NCBI GenBank assembly: GCA_018985225.1
Contig: JADGIF010000574.1
Span: 1-6,546 of the forward strand
Direction of reading: 5' to 3'
From: Amoeboradix gromovi X-113
Taxonomy: Eukaryota; Fungi; Sanchytriomycota
DNA: 6,546 nucleotides
Shown: positions 1 to 6,546 of the stretch, piece after piece
Layout: the number at the start of each line of letters is the position of its first letter
How positions within the stretch are numbered: position 1 is the first letter of the stretch
Notes under the pieces: generated by a model
The model's database searches: none
Told to the model about the DNA's origin: nothing
What the model saw: only the letters and a program-made list of their open reading frames with translations
Program-made: the position numbers and the translations under genes

Positions 1-46
1 TATTAACGATAGCATTCCTCCGTATGGAGCACCTCCTTTAAAAACG

Positions 47-81
47 AGTTAGTCTAGTTTTTATATTTGGTGTCCCATATG
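47..81 (+). repeat. Left copy of a 35-bp inverted repeat (AGTTAGTCTAGTTTTTATATTTGGTGTCCCATATG)
   Basis: 33/35 identical to the reverse complement of 6302..6336, with mismatches at positions 70 and 79. Confidence 0.9.
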
Positions 82-228
82 ACGCAATATTAGTAATCTT
101 TTAACTCACTTCTAGTTTGATAACATTTTCGCAACTCAAGCAATTAAGCCTAGCTGGCAGTTAAGATCTTCATATTGAAAGGACACTTATTTTTCAAGTT
201 TTATCGAGATCAAACTGAAACTCGATAC

Positions 229-3034
229 ATGTTTTGGAGATTCAATTTTCAAGGATCTACACTTGATCAGTTGTTAAGTAAACCAGAAACAACATTAGAA
301 GATATACTAAATCAAGCTGAAGTTATTCAAGAGTTAAAAACTCAAAATGCTAAATTACTAGCATTCATTGCCCAACCAGATAAAATCCAAAGGATGCTTT
401 CTTATATTAGCTCATTTAACGAAAATTACGCTCCAGTATGTTCAGAAATATTTGGCCTCGAATTACCTCAGATTGCTGCTGTGTTGTTTACCTCTACACA
501 TATTATTGAGTCTTTTATTAAAGAAATGCTGCTGAAGGAATGGTCTGGTTACGAGGGACTTTCTTTTATCAAGGTAGTATCTTCTATACTCTACAGGGAT
601 CCAAAGTCATCTTTAAAGCTATTAAAGGCTGTTAAACTTTCAAATTCCACTTTTCTGGAAGCTATTTGTATAAAGATATCAAAAGGACAGACAATTTTAT
701 ATGAACTACTTTTAAAATTGTCTGCATTAGATGAAGTTTTGACTGAGGATTTCATAGTTAATTGGTTTAAAGAAGAAAAATTGGTTGATTTCTTAGTTTC
801 ACAGCTCCATTTCAAGAATATTAATGAGCCTGATGGTTTAGACCGTATTTCTTCCGCCACTTCTTGTCTCTTAGACTTTTTTGCAGTTGCTCAGGCCATC
901 TCAGTTGTTCAGGTTCCTTTACATGAGAATCATATCATCCTAGATATCGTTAGCAGTCCTTGGATTATTCAATCATTGGATTTCATTAATGAGTATTACA
1001 TAACTTTGTTAAGTAACCAGCCTGTGCCTGTTCCTCAACTTCAAATGAGCAATGCCTTTACCACATTATTAAGTCTTGTTAACGATATCATTCGTCGAAA
1101 TTATCTTGATTTCGTACTTGGCTTACATCAGCAAGCTCTGACAATCAGGATGGAGGAATTTACAGAACAGGATGTTATGATAAACATTTTAAAAGATCCT
1201 AAAAAGTATTTGTTAGATGTTACCGCAATAGCCATGGAAATGTCTAAATACATGGACTTATTTTACAATATACTGAAGACACCTATATCAAAGTATAATG
1301 CGTCGACCTCCATTAGTCAGAATGCTTTAAATATCATGGAAGTTGATTACGTAGAATCATCAATTGGTACTCTAAAAGTGTTTGGAATAGAGAGGTACAA
1401 AACATGCGAATTACTGGTAGAACTTCTTAGAATGGTAATAGATGAAGACCAAATTCTTATTCATGAGAAGTTGAAGCAATCGATTGAGGACAACAATGAA
1501 GCGCTGGAAATAAAGACCAGTGCACCGGTATCTATGGATGTTTGCATATCTTCAATTACAGATGCTTTTATTAACTCAAACATTCTTGTTTTGTTTATTG
1601 ATTTATTCTTTGAGTATCCGTGGAATAACATTCTTCATTCTTTAGTACTGGACGTGATCACGTTTGTATTCGATCCTCCCGTTCAAATATTAGCTACTCA
1701 CATCCTTTCTAAGTCTAAGATTATCCAGATGATTTGTAAATCAAGCAAACTGAATCAGCAGAATGTGTTAAAACCTAGATCTAGTAGGTTGCCATATCAA
1801 GGTCATATTACTCTGATTAGTGAAATTTTGCTGAATCATTTAAATAAGAGCAAGTCATATTACGGTAACATTTTTTAATTTAGAGTCGATTGATAGACAG
1901 GGCTATTTGAATGACATTTATAGTGAAGAATGGTTGGAATATAGTTTGAAAATATTGCCAGAGACAATCAAGAAGGACAGGCAGACTTTGGGTGGAATTA
2001 AACCTCCAAGTAATATGCTTGGAGGCGGTGAAGCGAGTGTAATGGCGCAAGGCTCTAGTAGCATTATATCATCAGACAGTGGATACATGATGGATCCATT
2101 TCATCACAAGACTAGTGATGATATACTCCATAAACCGGGTAGTAAACTGAGCAGTTTAGAGCAACTCACTGAACCAGAAACTACCCCAGCACCTACAAAT
2201 GATCCGGTACAACCAGCACCCGTTCAGCACACAAATAGCAGCGAAAAACAAACCACGAATGCATGGAAGTATACAAACATCGAAGATCCATTTGAAATGA
2301 CAGTTGCAGGACAATGGATGGGACAAGAAATTGCCAAGGGGTTTATCGAACAGGTTGGTCAGTTGTTGCCAATTCAATTTGTATCACCGAGTATAGCTGC
2401 TATAGATGGATCTGGATTAACATTTGCAAAAGACTTGACTTCAGAACCACACACAAACGGTGATTTGATAGATCCATTTGATATACCAATGAGTCCCAAA
2501 CAAGATGATAATATGACACTTCATAGCCATAAAGAAGAAATGTCAAGGAAGGAGCAGCAAAGGCTAGCCCAAGAAATCGATAAAATGAAGAAACGACAAG
2601 AGCAAATAAATCAGTCAAAAAGAGCCTTAGCCGAAGAACTAGACACAGAGGAGCAAACTGAAGCTGAAGAATCTGACGGCGATTTAAAAATGACTCAAGA
2701 AAAGAGGACTTCGGAAGACTCAACGAAAGAAGAAGTACCTGTGCCTGAAGATATATCCGAAAAGAAGGAAGTGTCTGCAGACTTGTCTGAAAAAAAGGAA
2801 TATTCTGCAGATATATCTGAAAAGGCTACTGATGTGCTTGAAAAGAAGGAAGGGTCCTCATTATTAACTGACCAGCAACAAGTGGCTGAGATTCCTGAAA
2901 AGAAGGAAGAATCCTTATCCTCGGAAAAGGCCATATTTGCAGAACCCGTCAGGAAAGAGGAAAATGATGACGCGGAAGCTAAAAAAATTCTAACTGAAGA
3001 TACGGCCAAGGAACAAGTAATAGAAAATAAATAA
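229..3034 (+). CDS. SIT4/PP6 phosphatase-associated protein (SAPS family; Sap155/Sap185/Sap190/Ekc1/PPP6R-like), two exons: 229..1864 + 1884..3034, 928 aa
   Basis: ATG at 229 gives the typical fungal SAPS N-terminus MFWRF...LDQLL...TLEDILNQAEVIQELKTQNAKLLAFI; the track start at 175 is a TTG. SAPS core motifs recognised: FGIERYKTCELLVELL, DLFFEYPWNNILH, RLPYQGHITLISE. The next conserved block (EWLEYSLKILPETIKKDRQTLGG) lies in the downstream frame and is followed by an acidic, low-complexity tail. Removing 1865..1883 joins the two frames exactly (2787 nt = 928 aa + stop). The paralog cannot be assigned from sequence alone. Confidence 0.92.
1865..1883 (+). other. Putative 19-nt spliceosomal intron (phase 1), GTAACATTTTTTAATTTAG
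   Basis: GTAACA donor, T-rich body and TAG acceptor. It contains the in-frame TAA (1876..1878) that ends the first ORF. Its 3n+1 length restores the frame: TAC G|AG TCG ATT GAT AGA CAG GGC TAT TTG = Y-E-S-I-D-R-Q-G-Y-L. Confidence 0.75.
2747..2851 (+). repeat. Coding tandem repeat, 30-bp/10-aa unit (EDISEKKEVS / ADLSEKKEYS / ADISEK.. / DVLEKKE) in the SAPS C-terminal tail
   Basis: Units start at 2747, 2777 and 2807 and are similar at DNA level (gatatatccgaaaagaaggaa / gacttgtctgaaaaaaaggaa / gatatatctgaaaag). A further EKKE copy occurs near 2897. Confidence 0.8.
3026..3031 (+). promoter_or_regulatory. Candidate polyadenylation signal AATAAA within the last two codons of the SAPS gene
   Basis: GAA AAT AAA TAA TGA: AATAAA directly precedes the stop, and only 17 bp of intergenic sequence follow. 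Confidence 0.45.
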
Positions 3035-3051
3035 TGAATTGTTAACCTGAC

Positions 3052-4554
3052 TCAAAATTTATTCATTAATCTAAAAGGGTGTGCTTCTGTGTTAAATACA
3101 AATTCATCAACAGGCAGCATGTTATTATTTTCGAATGTTAACAGTAAGTACTTTAATGTTTCTGCAACGAACCAGGAATCCTGGCGAGTCCCCTGCTCTT
3201 TAGTTTCCACGTTAACATTGACATATCCGAACTGGTTTCTGCAGTATTTGTTGATGTTTCTAGCTATTTCAAGATTCCACTCTCTGTATTTGCTATCATT
3301 TGTAACTTTGTATAAGTAGTATATGGATTCAACAAGCTCAGGCCTCAGTTTGTATTCCGGAGACTTGACAGAGCATTTAAATGTATCGTTCTTGAACGAT
3401 GGAGAGCAAATGTCAGGACCGAGACCTGTGGGAAACAGTTTGTAAACAGCATAACATCCGTGGGTTAGTCCTATTGCAAGATTCAAATAGTTGACTGAAT
3501 ATTCCGGTATAACTGTTGACGCCAGTGCGTACACTCCTCCCATAAAGCACGATAGGTGGTCAAAAGCATTCGACACCGAAGATCTTGCAAGCAAAACTGG
3601 TTCTTTGTCGATGATGTACTCCACTAGAAGTTGCTTCTCTATTTCCAGAGCAACCTGTATAAACTTCACTTTGTAGTATTCATCCCCAGTCAAAATGTAC
3701 ATTTTTAATATATATTCATAAAAGGAGTCAGAGAAAGCACCTATCCCTACTTCACTGCTGGTTACCAACTCGTTAGTGTTGACATTTATAAACGCATTGT
3801 AAAGTCCAGTAGATTGACTAAGAATAGATTTAAACGCAGTATCTGACTTTGCGCTAAATGGCGCATGATCATATTTGGACTTATCTTGAATTACCATATC
3901 CAAATACTTAAACTCCAATTGATGCGAGCCTACTTCGCTTAATAATGCGTGCGGAGTCCATGACTGGTAGCCATTTATCCCCGTTCTTACATTTATTAAT
4001 GCATAAGGAACTTCATGAATGTTTGAATAGCTCTTCAGGTTCAAATTAACAAACTCAGCTGCTTTATCGATGAGAACGCTCTTTTTGATTTCTTCGATAT
4101 CAGTCAAATCTAGCAAACTAGCGGCACCGAGAAGCCCACCTGTTACTCGAATATGCATCTCAAACATGCTTATGGTTTGGTCATTTATAATATCGTTTTG
4201 AATAATTGCACTGTATGCTTTCATGAGCAGAGATTTTGACATGTTATTGTTTTTTATCTTGTGATACAGAATAAGAGTATCAAGACCGTCTATTGCTGTT
4301 AGAATCATAGAATGTGGATTGATATTGTAACCATGGCCATTCTCCATAAAATCGTTATCTGAGCAGCAATCTAGAAATTCTGCGAATGAATGTTCTATCA
4401 TTTCATATACAACTGTGTACTCTGGTCCAGCAAGTTCAAATTCAGAATCGGAATTCTTGCGTTCATACGATACTCTAGATATTTCGCTATCTGTAAAAAT
4501 ATCCAGGGTAAATACGAAGATTAAAGAAATCCAAAACAGAATCCAATTGAGCAT
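3052..4554 (-). CDS. Glycoside hydrolase family 47, class I alpha-1,2-mannosidase (Mns1/MAN1-like), ~500 aa with N-terminal signal/anchor
   Basis: GH47 motifs in order: LTAIDGLDTL, FEMHIRVTGGLLGA, LSEVGSHQLEF, GAFSDSFYEYILK, DHLSCFMGG, YKLRPELVES, SWFVAETLKY, FVFNTEAHP. The first in-frame ATG is at 4554 and is followed by a hydrophobic segment (MLNWILFWISLIFVFTL); stop TGA at 3054..3052. The start is uncertain (possible upstream exon, see findings). Confidence 0.95.
   Translation of the reverse strand: MLNWILFWISLIFVFTLDIFTDSEISRVSYERKNSDSEFELAGPEYTVVYEMIEHSFAEFLDCCSDNDFMENGHGYNINPHSMILTAIDGLDTLILYHKIKNNNMSKSLLMKAYSAIIQNDIINDQTISMFEMHIRVTGGLLGAASLLDLTDIEEIKKSVLIDKAAEFVNLNLKSYSNIHEVPYALINVRTGINGYQSWTPHALLSEVGSHQLEFKYLDMVIQDKSKYDHAPFSAKSDTAFKSILSQSTGLYNAFINVNTNELVTSSEVGIGAFSDSFYEYILKMYILTGDEYYKVKFIQVALEIEKQLLVEYIIDKEPVLLARSSVSNAFDHLSCFMGGVYALASTVIPEYSVNYLNLAIGLTHGCYAVYKLFPTGLGPDICSPSFKNDTFKCSVKSPEYKLRPELVESIYYLYKVTNDSKYREWNLEIARNINKYCRNQFGYVNVNVETKEQGTRQDSWFVAETLKYLLLTFENNNMLPVDEFVFNTEAHPFRLMNKF
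3058..3063 (-). promoter_or_regulatory. Candidate polyadenylation signal AATAAA within the last codons of the GH47 gene
   Basis: Minus strand reads ATG AAT AAA TTT TGA. Confidence 0.45.
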
Positions 4555-5680
4555 AACGACGTCCAAAAATTTTAACTTGGAACAAATATTAGTCTAAGCC
4601 ATCCAGTTTATTCGCTAATTTACAGAAGTATAGTTCAATACACTAAACTTATCTATATTACTAGACCTCATAATCAAGGAAAAGTTTCTATGGCTAAATA
4701 GCAAACCAAGGTAATAAGATTTTTTGTAAACAACAGCGAAACTTCAGGCAAAGTTTTAGTAATTATTCAGTTCAAATACCTTCAATAGCACGATGCACTA
4801 TCACTACTTGGAACTGCTGATGCTGGGCTTATGCGATACATTTGAAGATATAAATATGAGTTTTAATTAGGTAAGCGGATCGTGAGGTTTGAAACTACAC
4901 TGGAATGTAGGGAAATGAAAGACAAAAAACAGATATTAAATTTTGTTAAATATATCATCTATCAAGAATTTTTATGTATTTTTATATATTTGCATAACTT
5001 TTCCAGTACCATAAATACTCGATATTCTTCATTTTCGCAAATGGTAAACCAAATCTGAAGAAATAACTTATAGTTGCGGTATACACTCATCAACGTTGAG
5101 GAACTGGCTCAAGCATGGAACAATTAAATGCCTTTTATCGCCTAGAAAGAGATCAATGATAAATAAACCTGTAAACCATTTATTCAATAATTAGTAAGTG
5201 ACTAGGCAAAGCTATAGTGTGTTGGTCTTACCACTTGTGCAACAATAGGGATTATATGGTAGCAAGGAAAATATGCAAGTACAGTATCCTTATTCAATCC
5301 CAGCTCAGGGTAGTGAAAGCGCAAGCAATCACTGCAAAGAATTCACTAGTATTGCGACTTTCTCTGTGGAAATTCTCTATTTTCCCGGAAATTAGGACTT
5401 TTAACGAGAGTCACTCAGTGTTAGACGTAGAAAAACAACTACAAAATAAATTGCGTGACTTTTTACAGACTTCTTTACTGGTCCTAAAATCATCAATAAC
5501 ATCAGCAAGCTTTACAACCGTGATTGACTATTTATAAAAATTTGTTTAGAATTGGCATACTCAGGATCTCGAGATCTGGAGCCATTTCAATTAATGAATA
5601 TAAAGACTATAGAGTTCCAAAATCTTTGGAGGTATCTGCTAAAAGGATAATTGATGCAATAAAACTCACATAATCACAAT

Positions 5681-5699
5681 AAATGGAACACCAAATATA
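5681..5699 (-). repeat. Degenerate partial third copy of the repeat, same orientation as the right copy
   Basis: 5683..5699 ATGGAACACCAAATATA matches ATGGGACACCAAATATA (reverse complement of the left copy) at 16/17. The preceding AA also matches the right copy. Only weak similarity continues to ~5714. Confidence 0.5.
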
Positions 5700-6301
5700 T
5701 ACCAAGTCGAAACTGTTTTAGCCTATCAAGTCTCAACTTTCAGAAAATTTACTTGAACCAATTAACTATTTAGACTTTGAACAAATCAAGATAAAAGAAC
5801 AAAAGTATAAGAGTTATGCAATCTACATATGAGACACCCAATGTGATTTCTAGACCAAATTAAATTTCGTCAAAATCTCGTAAGTAGAATTTTTTGGTTC
5901 TTCAGATCTTGACCTGTCCAAAAATCCTAGTATCGAAGACGTGTGACCATTTTTGATTGAGATGACCATGGTTAAAGAAGAAAATATACTTTCAAATGAA
6001 AAATTAGACCAACTTGAATTCATTGTAGGGTGGTGTTGGAAAATGACTGAAGCGTTACCAAAATCTTTTGAGTTTTAAACAGATTTAATCGAGTCTTTAA
6101 GAATCTATCTGCTCATAGTTATCTGAATAATTGAGGTAGCTCCAATGGTCACACACTTATTACACCATAAAAGTGTATGCTAACTACCAGAGTCTTAGAA
6201 ATAATAAATTCCTACAATTCTATTTATTAAGAAAGTTCATATTGAATGTATTCAATATCGTCATCATTGTTAATTTCTAAATTGTATTTTCCATGAGTAA
6301 A

Positions 6302-6336
6302 CAAATGGGACATCAAATATAAAAACTAGACTAACT
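6302..6336 (-). repeat. Right copy of the 35-bp inverted repeat (minus strand AGTTAGTCTAGTTTTTATATTTGATGTCCCATTTG)
   Basis: Base-by-base comparison with 47..81 gives 33/35; similarity ends abruptly on both sides. Confidence 0.9.
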
Positions 6337-6438
6337 TTCTGTAACAACTTGGAACATTATTTCAGCTTTATTACTTTATGGATTTAAGAGGCGAGTAGAC
6401 ATTCAGCTAGTTGCGGAGTTGACGAGTATGAAAGGAGA

Positions 6439-6464
6439 ATAAATAACTTTTATAAATAACTTTT
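6439..6464. repeat. Perfect 13-bp tandem duplication (ATAAATAACTTTT x2)
   Basis: 6439..6451 is identical to 6452..6464. Confidence 0.7.
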
Positions 6465-6546
6465 TGTATCGAAATTTCAAAAATAAATATTCTGTACAGC
6501 TATTCTCTTACTCTTTCATCCAATCTTTATTTCAAATAGACCTCTG

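Noticed and set aside
175-228. ORF-track N-terminal extension from TTG at 175
   Set aside because: Eukaryotic gene; the family-typical MFWRF start is the ATG at 229.
574-596. Intron-like 23-mer GTAGTATCTTCTATACTCTACAG in SAPS exon 1
   Set aside because: Removal would frameshift an otherwise continuous conserved reading frame.
591-3009. Minus-strand ORFs 591..860, 2156..2377, 2400..2723 and 2695..3009
   Set aside because: Antisense shadows of the SAPS CDS with biased S/F/L composition and no recognisable motifs.
1907-3034. Independent 375-aa gene
   Set aside because: It starts at TTG and carries the continuation of the SAPS domain (W..Y...L.ET...D...LGG), so it is exon 2 of the upstream gene.
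3089-4597. Plus-strand ORFs 3089..3319, 3491..3676 and 4415..4597
   Set aside because: Antisense shadows of the GH47 CDS.
4594-4617. TAG stop-codon reassignment or readthrough (two in-frame TAGs upstream of GH47)
   Set aside because: No in-frame TAG, TAA or TGA occurs within ~1400 codons of the two conserved genes, so the standard code fits.
4702-4785. Faint resemblance of KVIRFFVNNSETSGKVLVI to KHA/KCTD9-type N-terminal ubiquitin-like domains
   Set aside because: By-eye similarity over <20 aa, bounded by stops, and it does not extend.
5217-5537. 106-aa plus-strand ORF
   Set aside because: GTG start and no recognisable domain; cannot be supported as a gene, though it might be part of a decayed or spliced locus.
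5565-5576. 12-bp palindrome GATCTCGAGATC
   Set aside because: Single short palindrome with no context; expected occasionally by chance.
5941-6154. 11-bp inverted repeat GTGTGACCATT / AATGGTCACAC enclosing 214 bp (MITE-like)
   Set aside because: Short enough to arise by chance; only a 2-bp AC flank duplication; needs multicopy evidence.

Overview
AT-rich, compact eukaryotic DNA (fungal-like gene content, standard genetic code). Two convergent genes are separated by only 17 bp. (1) A + strand SAPS-family (SIT4/PP6 phosphatase-associated) regulatory subunit, join(229..1864,1884..3034), 928 aa. The ORF track splits it in two because of an apparent 19-nt GT-AG intron (1865..1883). (2) A - strand GH47 class I alpha-1,2-mannosidase (3052..4554). 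Both genes carry AATAAA inside their last codons (Asn-Lys). The two-gene block plus ~1.7 kb of apparently non-coding or decayed sequence is bracketed by a 35-bp inverted repeat (47..81 and 6302..6336, 33/35 identical), with a degenerate third partial copy at ~5681..5699. I found no transposase and no clear target-site duplication.
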